DNA of 64,000 nt from a virus, in the IMG/VR virus record IMGVR_UViG_3300028901_000316. One strand, written 5' to 3'. Shown in pieces: positions 17,601-25,537 of the stretch; within the stretch, counting starts at the first letter, position 1, and the number at the start of each line of letters is the position of its first letter. The notes beneath the pieces were generated by a model. The model was given only the letters and a program-made list of their open reading frames with translations. It searched no databases and was not told the DNA's origin. The translations under genes and the position numbers were made by a program.

Positions 17601-18232
17601 TTGAGCAGCTCGACCGTCGCGACCGGCGTGCGCGCCGACAACTCGTCGATACGGCGCTTGTAGTCCTCGAGCGCAGCTCCGCTCAGGTTGGTCGTTTTCG
17701 CGACCCCGACCAGCGCGGTTTCGAGCTGGGCCGTGTTGGCGACCGCGGTCCTGGCCCCCATCGCGATCGAGAGTCCACCGGCCAATGCCGCGATGGTGCT
17801 GAGCATTCCGCGCAGTGAACTCGCCGCCTCGTTGTTGCGACGCGTGGACCGCTCCGTCTCGTTCCCGACATTCCGCTGCGCCTGCGCCAGCTCGACCATG
17901 CGGGTCACGGCCTGCGCCGTCACGGCGTTGTGGCGCGTCTGAACCTCAACCGCCTGAGCGACTCGTGCGACCTCCTCCGCGACCGCCTGAGCATGGTTCC
18001 GCGTCTCGGTGCGCAGTCGCTCGATTTGAGTCACCGCCTGAGCCGCCACGCGGGTGGCCCGCTCCTGCCCCGCCGCCATGCGGTTGAAGCCCGCCTCGGC
18101 GGCGCGGATCTGTCGATCGGCCAACACCACGGCCTGTTCTGCCTTGAGGCACGCGATCGTGAACGCGTCGGCCGCGCTGATCGCCTGCGAGTTGTCGATC
18201 TTCAGAATCAGTGATTCGGTTTCAGTCGCCAT
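14666..18232 (-). CDS. Tail tape measure protein
   Basis: 1188 aa, Ala-rich and helical; TP901-like core (ETALVGVAKTT...LARFTETVAKL...GTSVGR), hydrophobic segment, C-terminal FARGG...GVVGEAG...V...NG.LGV. Confidence 0.95.
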   Translation of the reverse strand: MATETESLILKIDNSQAISAADAFTIACLKAEQAVVLADRQIRAAEAGFNRMAAGQERATRVAAQAVTQIERLRTETRNHAQAVAEEVARVAQAVEVQTRHNAVTAQAVTRMVELAQAQRNVGNETERSTRRNNEAASSLRGMLSTIAALAGGLSIAMGARTAVANTAQLETALVGVAKTTNLSGAALEDYKRRIDELSARTPVATVELLNIGQAAGQLGVRGSADLARFTETVAKLQAATDIQGGDGAKKLARLIGINGEDVGTSITAVGAAITRLGNESRASESEILGNAETVAQATAQYRIGSVNALALGAAMKSLGNDAEVGGTSVGRTMDVIDKAIRKPGPQMQVLQKLTGQTADEIENLFRTDPTAQFARFIGGLNAAGRAGEDVKGVLEALGLEDIRIQRVLPTLGGAYGELAVSIQKAREEGERQQALNAESAKAFETLAAKSQMAKNVIGLMADGAVKPATFVMKGLLDAIRGLSTESPALQATIMGVTSALTALAAVQVVSTLLGITRAIQGVTGALGVMRLATLSNPWGLLLVGAAAVIGVMVSLRENTNAATEAIERQKAAAESFAPIAAALADAEAKQKSATMLKDPSLAAASLEQRLAAIKNTLDMLNADGSKISDATGTAMSGVTAQDVKRLIQTPQGRAAFNALSYEGSNGKLNGRTFEDTVATAPGATGALLNAYVPSDQFKAAAIAEIQALEALKQKMQETGQVRQGTGADIEAQRAKLQSLLTAMQDEEKAAGMSASALQALTMRRELEKDMTDAQKAALGDMVTKVVDQAAQLQAAKDATQEAAKANQEYERSLERMVEASDKAGQKLQDLIDKTNLEIDTLRMGAEERTLYIAQIEATKLAEEEGTFAGFDLLTQYIERTQLLAQMKTELADVTAATEEAARADEALQASQLAAAENLTRMMRDLDEEIELAGLDADAQERRAAAYRAVEAAMAAGQSDKQADATGRIVEAQVASLQRMRETRNMADALGSDVAGVFSRLTDSTLTWDNAMKALNDTGKQVLQTFLQYAAIQPLARGLANVFMPLAGAVVGGAAAPGAGPSAGGDPTAGIPSSALFNAHGNMILAGSLVPFARGGLDQGIYSSAAIFPLNNGRVGVVGEAGRDEMVAKPVRLPNGDLGVRAIGGGGTVNHYSVNVSVDARGATRDSADAFRRSGRQVAGQIQRGLRG

Positions 18233-18557
18233 CCTCAGCCTCCTCGGGCTTGAATGCCAACAGGTCCTGATCGAGCGCGAGCACGATCTCGGTCCAGTCC
18301 TCCCGCTGATCGGGATGGCGGATCTGCCTCAGGTTGAGATATGACTCAATGTCCCTGACGCAGATGGGGTTGGCCGCCATCCCGACCGCACGTTGCCGAC
18401 TCAGCTCGGTGAAGGCTCGCCAGACCCGCATCTCCTCTGGGCCAATCTCTGGCCGGTCCGGCACACCTTCAAGCTTCCAGCCGAGCCGGCGAAGCTCTTC
18501 AAACTGGGACGCGTACTTGCCCCACCTCAGGTCCCAGCTGAGGCGGGCACGGAGTTT
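18222..18557 (-). CDS. Tail assembly chaperone, -1 frameshift (GT) extension
   Basis: Open -1 frame from the slippery site: KLRARLSWDLRWGKY...VWRAFTELSRQRAVGMAANPICVRDIESY...IVLALDQ. Confidence 0.75.
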   Translation of the reverse strand, partial: KLRARLSWDLRWGKYASQFEELRRLGWKLEGVPDRPEIGPEEMRVWRAFTELSRQRAVGMAANPICVRDIESYLNLRQIRHPDQREDWTEIVLALDQDLLAFKPEEAEDGD

Positions 18558-19009
18558 CCCTTCGTGGCCTCAACCTGTTCATGCCGGAAATGCTCGCGTC
18601 CCGACGAGGCGACGAGAATGAACGTCCGCAGGTCCGGACATTCGCTGATGAGCCTGCGAGAGTTCTCCACGCTGTACTCGATCGGCTTTCCGTCGTCGTC
18701 GAGGAAGGCCGGCTCGCGGTCGTCCTTGCTCATTCCGCCAGGCCGGACGGGACCGCGCCAGCCGAGCAGGATCGTCTCCGAAATGACCTTGTCCCTCGCG
18801 TCGTTGAACTTTTGATTGACAAGCACGTCCTCAACTTCCGGCTTGCTCTTGGCGATGCCGGCTGCCTGCATGCTCGCATACATGGCGGCGTTATAGCGAT
18901 AGTTGTTGAGCCGGGCGATAAGCAACTCGACACCGCTCTCGAACGGCACCCACGCGCCGTTGAGTTCCTTGGACTTGTCGGTACGCAGCGAACTGAGCTT
19001 GATGGACAT
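18527..19009 (-). CDS. Tail assembly chaperone (G)
   Basis: LRTDKSKELNGAWV...LLIARLNN...ETILLGWRG...IEYSVENSRRLI; lies between tail tube and TMP. Confidence 0.8.
   Translation of the reverse strand: MSIKLSSLRTDKSKELNGAWVPFESGVELLIARLNNYRYNAAMYASMQAAGIAKSKPEVEDVLVNQKFNDARDKVISETILLGWRGPVRPGGMSKDDREPAFLDDDGKPIEYSVENSRRLISECPDLRTFILVASSGREHFRHEQVEATKGNSVPASAGT
18554..18560 (-). promoter_or_regulatory. Programmed -1 ribosomal frameshift site G GGA AAC
   Basis: X XXY YYZ heptamer in the correct phase (codons AAG GGA AAC); the -1 frame runs without a stop into the 18222-18464 ORF. Confidence 0.8.
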
Positions 19010-19125
19010 TCTTGAACCTCCGACGCGGCCCGCGCGGCATGCCCGGGCTCGCAAAACACCCGACCGGGTTTCCCCGATCGAGCGTGTGGTGCTCTGGTCA
19101 GATTGGAATCAAGACCAACGCGACA

Positions 19126-20553
19126 TCATGCGGGAAATCGCGCGATCCGGATCGTCTTCTTCTCCCCCTCGTGCATGAAGGCGCCCAACTTCATGTCGGG
19201 CTTGATGGGCGTGTTCTTGCCGCCAGCCGCGCGACTGCCGTCGGTGAACTTGGCACGCGGGATATCGATGACGTACTGGCTGCCCGATGCGTCGATGAGC
19301 CGCGCGTTGAAGTTGGTCTTGGTGTTGTTGAGGAACTTGTCGTACAGCGTCTTCGACGCGTAGTAGGCCGTGAAGCTGCCCTCGACCGCGATGTCGCCCT
19401 GGGTGTGCCCAGTCGCGCCGAGCGTGCCAGCCTCCGGCTCGTCCGCGATCTTGTTCGAGATATCGAGGTTCAGGCCGATGAACCCGAGCGCGTTGCCGCC
19501 CTCACGCGCCCCGCTGACGTTGTCGATGGCGTTCAGGATCGAGCCCGCGGGAGCCAGTAGAAGTCGACTGCCTGCCGTCGCGGTCGCGCTGACCTCGCGG
19601 GTGCCCATCAGATCGGTCGAGCCCGTGATCTTGTTCCCCGCCTCGACCTTCAGCGAGAGCTTGCTCACCTCGCAGTTGTCGAAGGTAGCGAAATCGTTGG
19701 ACAGATCGGTGTACTCACGCTCGGCCAGCAGCACGTTGGGCGTGACGCCGTTCTCGATGTAGGCACCCTGCGTAACCGTCACGGACACACCAGCGACATT
19801 GTCGACCATCGTGGCTTCGGAAACGATGATCTTGCCCGTCGTGACCGACACGATCTTGGCGAGGCCGTTGTATCCCGCACCGGCGAAGCCCGAGATCTTG
19901 ATCCACTGGTACGGCTTGAATCCCGCCGCCACGAAGTCTCCGCCGGCGGTGTTGATCGAGTTGTCACTCGCCGCCTGGCTGATGTCGGTCGCGGTCAACT
20001 TCGCCGCGGCGTTCCAGCCGGGCTCCTGGTAGATCGTGACTGCTTCGCCCGCCGCATCTGTGATGCCGATGCTGTCGATGCCGCCAAGGACCATCGCGGT
20101 CGCCTGCAGGTCATTGATGTAGGCCCAGCCCGAGACACCGCCGCCGGTGAAGCCCGACACGTAGATGCGTGCACCGAGCTTGAAACCGTCGCTGACGTAC
20201 GAGCCAGACGCACGCGAGAGCGTCTTGGTCGAGGCATTCCACGAGTGCACCGTGCCGGTGACCGACACCTCCGCGATGTTGCTGGTCGCACGCAGGACCG
20301 CCGCCATGTAGATGTCTTGCGCGCCGAACGAGAGTTCAAAGGGGATGCCGCCGCCCGCGCTCATGTTGACGCGAATGTGGTCGGTCACCTGACCGTCCGT
20401 GCGGATCTCGTCCGACTCCTGATTCTGCTGGTTGGGCTTGAGCGTCTCGCTCGTGAATCGCTGTTCAAGCAGCGGACCGCTGAACGCCGCGCCGAACGCG
20501 GACTTGCGGCCGATCGACAGTCGGGCGCGGCTGGAACTTGCACGAGTGGGCAT
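19126..20553 (-). CDS. Major tail tube protein (Phage_tube_2-like)
   Basis: EQRFTSETLK...SDEIRTDGQV...AGGGIPFELS...GDIAVEGSFTAYY...YVIDIPRAKFT. Confidence 0.85.
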   Translation of the reverse strand: MPTRASSSRARLSIGRKSAFGAAFSGPLLEQRFTSETLKPNQQNQESDEIRTDGQVTDHIRVNMSAGGGIPFELSFGAQDIYMAAVLRATSNIAEVSVTGTVHSWNASTKTLSRASGSYVSDGFKLGARIYVSGFTGGGVSGWAYINDLQATAMVLGGIDSIGITDAAGEAVTIYQEPGWNAAAKLTATDISQAASDNSINTAGGDFVAAGFKPYQWIKISGFAGAGYNGLAKIVSVTTGKIIVSEATMVDNVAGVSVTVTQGAYIENGVTPNVLLAEREYTDLSNDFATFDNCEVSKLSLKVEAGNKITGSTDLMGTREVSATATAGSRLLLAPAGSILNAIDNVSGAREGGNALGFIGLNLDISNKIADEPEAGTLGATGHTQGDIAVEGSFTAYYASKTLYDKFLNNTKTNFNARLIDASGSQYVIDIPRAKFTDGSRAAGGKNTPIKPDMKLGAFMHEGEKKTIRIARFPA

Positions 20554-20566
20554 GGTGAAACCTCCG

Positions 20567-20980
20567 TCAGGCGTACAGGTCTGATTCGAATGGGCAGGTG
20601 ACGTTCACCTGCCACAGGTCGTCGGTGCGCCCCACCGTCGCGACGGTCGGGGTCTCGTACATCACGTTGCCGTCCGTGACGGCGCGGAACCCGCTCGCGA
20701 TCGAGTCGGCGAGCGTGAGCGCCTCTGCCTCGCCGCTGTCGATGGGCGCAAACACCTGGAAGATCGCGATTCCGGGTCGGCGGAAGAGCTTCGTGGTCCC
20801 GCCCGCGGTGGCCTGGAAGGCCGTTCCGAGCCGAATCGTCAACACCACGTAGGTGCTCTTGGGTGGCGTGAAGTTCGCGTTCCCATCGAGCGATACTGAC
20901 GCGAGCGGCAACAGCGAGCCGTCGACGATGATCGTCTTGGCGCGGGTGCGGATCGCGAGATGGAGTGCGGCAACGCTCAT
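20567..20980 (-). CDS. Tail terminator-like protein
   Basis: LDGNANFTPP...YVVLTI...FRRPGIAIFQVFAPIDSG...LADSIASGF...WQVNVTCPF. Confidence 0.75.
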   Translation of the reverse strand: MSVAALHLAIRTRAKTIIVDGSLLPLASVSLDGNANFTPPKSTYVVLTIRLGTAFQATAGGTTKLFRRPGIAIFQVFAPIDSGEAEALTLADSIASGFRAVTDGNVMYETPTVATVGRTDDLWQVNVTCPFESDLYA

Positions 20981-21019
20981 CGGTGGGTGCCGGACCCTAC
21001 CGATCAAGACCAGTTGCGC

Positions 21020-21499
21020 TCAGCGACCAGCCGACACGATCTCCTGCAGGGTCAGCTTGAGCATGCCCTGCGGCGCCTGTTTGCTCGACCCGTCCTCGAG
21101 GTACTTGATGTACTTGACGTTGTTGGCCAGATAGAGGACCGTCACGCGATCAACTGCCGCGATCGCGGCTTTACCCGCCGCCAGTGCCAGTTGGGAAGCC
21201 TGCTGGGCGTTGATTCGATTTGACGCCGTGCGGTTCTTCTTCCGCTGGGCCCTGTCCTTCTTGGACCGCCCCTTCACCCGAACCGGCTCGGTGAAAGCAA
21301 TATCAAGCTCGGTCAGGATCGGCGTAATGGCCGACACCTGCCAGTTCGCGCGAGCCCGGCCGGTATCGACGGGCGTCTTTCCGACCACGCCCGCAAGCGC
21401 GTCGTTCGCGATCTTCCTCGCGGCCTGGTCGGTCTTGGCCTCGATCCGGTGCGCAAACGCCATCAGGCGGCGACCAAACTCGGCCGCGTTGGTGCCCAT
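21020..21499 (-). CDS. HK97 gp10-like neck/tail-completion protein
   Basis: TPVDTGRARANWQVS...YLANNVKYIKYLEDGSSKQAPQGM. Confidence 0.85.
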   Translation of the reverse strand: MGTNAAEFGRRLMAFAHRIEAKTDQAARKIANDALAGVVGKTPVDTGRARANWQVSAITPILTELDIAFTEPVRVKGRSKKDRAQRKKNRTASNRINAQQASQLALAAGKAAIAAVDRVTVLYLANNVKYIKYLEDGSSKQAPQGMLKLTLQEIVSAGR

Positions 21500-21502
21500 G
21501 CG

Positions 21503-21874
21503 TCACCTCAGTTGCAGTTCGTACGCCGCGACCAGTGTCCCCGACCGATACGGCTTGACCGACTCGATTCGACGCGTCTCGGTCCCGAAGGTGAGTTCCA
21601 TACCGGCCACCGGTGAGAAGGTCAGGCCCTTGGCAGCGACAAGCGCCAGCTCGTCGGTCGCCAGAACCGACACCCCGTCGATGAACTCCTTGTCGTAGCC
21701 GACCGGCGGCGAGATCTTGCGCACGACGTTCTGCGAATCGATGTCGGTGACGGTGCCGGCCACCGGATCACGCGTCTTGGTCACGACCTTGAAGGTCGCG
21801 GGGATCCCGACGCCGTCCGGGCCCTCGATCGCGTCCCACACGTCCTGCGGCGCTTCGGCATCAAGCTCCGTCAT
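21503..21874 (-). CDS. Head-closure/adaptor protein
   Basis: MTELDAE...GYDKEFIDGVSVLATD...YELQLR; ATGA overlap with the upstream gene. Confidence 0.7.
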   Translation of the reverse strand: MTELDAEAPQDVWDAIEGPDGVGIPATFKVVTKTRDPVAGTVTDIDSQNVVRKISPPVGYDKEFIDGVSVLATDELALVAAKGLTFSPVAGMELTFGTETRRIESVKPYRSGTLVAAYELQLR

Positions 21875-22398
21875 GCCAGCACCCTCCGGCCCTGCATCGA
21901 GGACCCAACCAGCAGGTTGGCGAGCGCGTTCCCGACCTCGGGATAGGTGGGCTGCTGGCTCGTTCCCGAAGTGTCGGCCCACTTCTTGCGGGTCGTGAGC
22001 GGACCGACCTTCGTCTCCTTCTCGACCAGCGCGCCGTCCTGCTTCACGTCGGGCGCGAGCGCGCCAGCCAGCGCACGCGGGGCCAGGAGGGCTTGGGCGA
22101 GCTTCCACTGGTCCGGCACCGCCGTCGAGTCGAGCAACCAGCCGTCCCGCGTGTGGGCGTTGTAACGCGGCCACGCGCGAGCCTGGGTCGGCAGCACCCG
22201 CTCTCCGCCGAGCAGCGACTCGTACGCCGCGTCCATGAAGAGTGCGGCCTGGCGGAGCGCGACCTCCTGCTGGCCGGTCGTCGCGGCCGCGAACGTCGTG
22301 TCGGTGGACCACTTTGCGAGCAGCGCGACCGCATCAGATGCCGACAGGTAGCTGTCCGCGCCCGCCACGCCCGCTCCGGTTTCGACGATCAGTGCCAT
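21871..22398 (-). CDS. Head-tail connector (DnaT-like phage family)
   Basis: MALIVETGAGVAGADSYLS...QARAWPR...VPDQWKLAQALLA...KETKVGPLT. Confidence 0.8.
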   Translation of the reverse strand: MALIVETGAGVAGADSYLSASDAVALLAKWSTDTTFAAATTGQQEVALRQAALFMDAAYESLLGGERVLPTQARAWPRYNAHTRDGWLLDSTAVPDQWKLAQALLAPRALAGALAPDVKQDGALVEKETKVGPLTTRKKWADTSGTSQQPTYPEVGNALANLLVGSSMQGRRVLA

Positions 22399-22412
22399 CG
22401 TGCGCCTCCAAT

Positions 22413-22480
22413 CGCAGGCCCGGGATTCGAACCCGGCGATGTCGGGATATGAGTCCGACGCGAGCCCAAGCCCGCCTGCT
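22413..22480 (-). tRNA. tRNA-like element (fMet-like, CAT anticodon, shrunken D arm), probably a pseudo-tRNA
   Basis: GCAGGC/GCCTGC acceptor; GGGC-TTGG-GCTC mini D arm; GTCGG-ACTCATATC-CCGAC; T arm CCGGG-TTCGAAT-CCCGG; no CCA. Confidence 0.7.
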
Positions 22481-22826
22481 TCCTGAGTGTCGTTTAGCCA
22501 TCGGGCTAAATGTCGCCCACCGTGTTCGTTTGTGCGGCCCGCGCCGGACAGTCATGGGCCAGCGCGGGCCGCCAACGTGGTGTAGTTCTGAATCGCCCCA
22601 CCGGATCGTGACTTCCGGCGGGGCTTTCGCGGGTCTCAAGTTGCTCTCTGAATGGCCCCGCCGCGCTGCAGCACGACGAGGCTGGTCATGAAAAGGGTCT
22701 GCCTCTAAATACTCCGGGCCGCCGTCCAACAGCCCGGAGCGGAGCAAGAACGTGACCCGCAAGTTGCCGACCTGACCAAAGCCTGGCCCTACACCTGCGG
22801 GTAACTCGGGCTCGGCCGCGCTTGAA
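22481..22826 (-). ncRNA. Candidate structured non-coding RNA upstream of the tRNA-like element
   Basis: ~345 nt with no credible ORF and several long hairpins (CTCCGGGCTG/CGGCCCGGAG; GCCCCGCCGGA/TCCGGTGGGGC; GCGGCCCGCGCTGG/CCGGCGCGGGCCGC; TTTAGCC/GGCTAAA). Confidence 0.4.
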
Positions 22827-23324
22827 TCACTTCTTGGCGTCGTCGGCCTTGGCCTCGGACTTCGCGCTGGGCTTCGTCTCGCCCTTCGCCGACTTGTCGC
22901 CCTTCGCGCCCGTCTCGTTGTTGGCCGCACGGCCCACAGGAGGCTGGTTCTGATCGTCCTTGATCGCCTGCGCGTCGCCGTTCAGGCCGACTTCGCGACG
23001 GACCTCGATGCCTTTGTTCGCATCGGGCGTTTCGCCGTCCGGAGCGTCTGAGTTCTTCGCTGCCTCCCAAGCGGCCCGCTTGGCTTCATGCGCCGCTTTA
23101 CGGGCGATCGCGCCAGCGTCTTCTTCTGACTTGCCCTCCGACAACGCCTTCTTGAACGCGTTGTTGCCGGCGAGCGTGTAAGCGACCTCGGGATCAGTCG
23201 TGCCCTTCGGCGGCGTCTGGGTGTAGCCCTGCGCCACGTAGGACTGCAGTTGTCCCGGCTCAACCAATACCCGCACCGGCGGGTTGTCGTTGCTCCACGT
23301 TTCGACGAGTGTTCCGTGTGACAT
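22827..23324 (-). CDS. Hypothetical capsid-associated protein (Ala/Lys-rich)
   Basis: MSHGTLVET...; GGAG RBS; directly downstream of the major capsid gene. Confidence 0.65.
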   Translation of the reverse strand: MSHGTLVETWSNDNPPVRVLVEPGQLQSYVAQGYTQTPPKGTTDPEVAYTLAGNNAFKKALSEGKSEEDAGAIARKAAHEAKRAAWEAAKNSDAPDGETPDANKGIEVRREVGLNGDAQAIKDDQNQPPVGRAANNETGAKGDKSAKGETKPSAKSEAKADDAKK

Positions 23325-23382
23325 GCGAATCTCCAAATGGGGTGAAGACAACCCCGCCACGTTTCCGCGACGGGGTGTTGAA

Positions 23383-24549
23383 TTAGCCGGCCAGTCGAGC
23401 GGCGAGTTCCGGACGCACGAGCTTTGCGCCCCAGAGGGCATCGATCTCGTACACCGTTTGCTTGCTCTGGCGAATCTTCTCGATGCGAAGCACCAGCTTG
23501 GTGACCGGATCCTGCATCGTCTGGATGTTGGGATCGCCCGCGTCGTCTTCGAGCGAGCGCATCGCGAACGCAAACGCGTCGCGATGGAACCCCATGTTGA
23601 CGACGTGAGTCGCACGCAGAGTCACCGCCTCGCCACCGGCCTTCGCCGTCTTGAGCGCCGGCGCGATCGCGACGGTGGTGTTGCCGACCGCCAGATTCAC
23701 ATCCGCCAACACCACATAGGTCTGGGGGTCGTTGGCAAACGAGATGATGTCGCCCTTCACCAGCGGAGTAGCGTTGGTCGCCTTCGCGATCGAGACCGTA
23801 CCGGTGCGCCCGCCGTCCGTGCTGCCTGCGTTGACGGCCTGCGCGCCGTTGGCCGTGCAGGCGCCGGCCGTGAGGACCGTCGAGCTATGGGTGGGAATCT
23901 GGTCCTCAGCGAACCAGTTGAGGCCGAACTTGCGACCGATGTCGCCCTCTCGCTTGGTGTCGCCATTGTCCGAAGTCTGGCTCGCATCGCTGAACTCAGG
24001 GCGGGCCAGCGCGTTCGCCTCCGCATTGGTATCGATGACGGCATTACGGAGCGAACCCCTGGGGCAGAGCTGGCGATTCAGCACCGCGCGGAGCGCCGTC
24101 GCGTCCGTGATTCCCGCGCCGAACGGCGTGGTACCCGCTGTACCGCAGTAGCCGTAAACACCCTTGTACTCCGCGAGGATGCTCGCGTTGATCGCCTCGA
24201 TCAGCGCCTTCATGCCCTCGGAGAGCTGGAGCGGCAAGAAGTGCTTGTTCTTGTCGATCTCCTTCATCTCCTTGTCGGTGAGGGCAATCGGATCGGTCTT
24301 CTTCCAGTTGTTCAGCGGGACCTGAACCAGTGCGACCTTCTGGTCCACGGGAACAGGGAGGACGTTGGAAGGCACCACGTCCTGAACGCCGACTGCCGTC
24401 GGGAGCGGGACGTCGATCGTCGATCCCTTTGCCTTTGCCTCCATCGAGTAGTCGCTGTTGACCAGGCTGGGCATCAGCACCGACTTGCGGAGCGTCTTCA
24501 TACCCGCGGCCAGAAGGCGCGGCATGATGTTGGTGTTGTCATTTGCCAT
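23383..24549 (-). CDS. Major capsid protein (P22 coat-like)
   Basis: MANDNTNIMPRLLAAG...LVNSDY...KGSTIDVPLP...GDIGRKFGLNWFAEDQ...VVNMGFHRDAFAFAMR...YEIDALWGAKLVRPELAARLAG. Confidence 0.9.
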   Translation of the reverse strand: MANDNTNIMPRLLAAGMKTLRKSVLMPSLVNSDYSMEAKAKGSTIDVPLPTAVGVQDVVPSNVLPVPVDQKVALVQVPLNNWKKTDPIALTDKEMKEIDKNKHFLPLQLSEGMKALIEAINASILAEYKGVYGYCGTAGTTPFGAGITDATALRAVLNRQLCPRGSLRNAVIDTNAEANALARPEFSDASQTSDNGDTKREGDIGRKFGLNWFAEDQIPTHSSTVLTAGACTANGAQAVNAGSTDGGRTGTVSIAKATNATPLVKGDIISFANDPQTYVVLADVNLAVGNTTVAIAPALKTAKAGGEAVTLRATHVVNMGFHRDAFAFAMRSLEDDAGDPNIQTMQDPVTKLVLRIEKIRQSKQTVYEIDALWGAKLVRPELAARLAG

Positions 24550-24634
24550 GATTCATGAACCTCATTCGTTGGGCTTGTGCCCGGTGCGTTTGACCTTCAA
24601 CACGCAGCCATCCCGGCCGTTCGGCGTCCCGCCT

Positions 24635-25429
24635 TTAATCCACAACCTTGACTGATCCGTCCGCGATCCCGTCGAAGTTCGCCTGCATCGCTTCGGCGTC
24701 GCTGCGGCTCACGGTCTTTGCAGCTCCACTGCGTGCCGCCGTGCCGCCCGACTGGCCTCCACCCGTTGCCCCGCCGCCAGAGTTCCCACTTGCTTCGAAA
24801 CACATCGCGTAGTCGCGATCGGACGCAAGTTCGTCGACGAACTCCTCGGGCGACATTGGAGCTTGCGGGTTCTTCGGGCTGATGCGCACAACGCCGTCGC
24901 CGCCAATCACCTCCGTCACGTACTTGCCATCCACTTTCCGCACCCGAAGGTGCGGACTCGCGACAGGCATGAGCAGCTTGACGTTTCCCTTCCTGGCAAC
25001 GATCGCTTGCTGGAGCTTCGATGTGCCGATCTCGCCCAGCAATTGGGCTTCCGCGGTGGCGAGCTCTTGCTTGAGGGACGCGAGTTCCTTCCCGTGCGCC
25101 GTCGCCATCTGAGACTTGATCGACTCGATCTCTTTCCTCGCCTTGTCGTCCGGGCTACCCGACTTCTGCCACTCAAGGACTTGCTCGTGGGACTTGAGGA
25201 CGTCGTCGATGCTGCGATCCCCGAGCTTCGACAGAGTCGCCTTCAGTTCCGCCGCTGCACTCCGCTCCTTCTCAAGCGCTGAGCGAAGCCCCTTTACGTT
25301 CTCCAACGCGAAGCCATCGACAGCTTCAACTTGGAGAACAAACGTCCCGTCAGCCTCCGGGGCGTACAACTCCTTCAGAGCGTCAGGGAGATCATCGATC
25401 GACTTCAACCGCGCCTTGGCCTTGGCCAT
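24635..25429 (-). CDS. Capsid scaffolding protein
   Basis: SIDDLPDALKELY...DGTFVLQVE...NVKGLRSALEKER; coiled-coil; C-terminal SGNSGGGATGG. Confidence 0.8.
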   Translation of the reverse strand: MAKAKARLKSIDDLPDALKELYAPEADGTFVLQVEAVDGFALENVKGLRSALEKERSAAAELKATLSKLGDRSIDDVLKSHEQVLEWQKSGSPDDKARKEIESIKSQMATAHGKELASLKQELATAEAQLLGEIGTSKLQQAIVARKGNVKLLMPVASPHLRVRKVDGKYVTEVIGGDGVVRISPKNPQAPMSPEEFVDELASDRDYAMCFEASGNSGGGATGGGQSGGTAARSGAAKTVSRSDAEAMQANFDGIADGSVKVVD

Positions 25430-25537
25430 ATTCAATCTCCTGCGGCTTCCCGCCGCGCAACGGGCCACGCTGGCCCGGTGACGCATCCCGCGCCACGCCC
25501 AATCACGCCCCACCCTCTCGGTTGCGCTCACGCTCGC

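Noticed and set aside
21871-22398. Primosomal DnaT function
   Set aside because: Position between capsid and neck genes indicates a head-tail connector despite the family name
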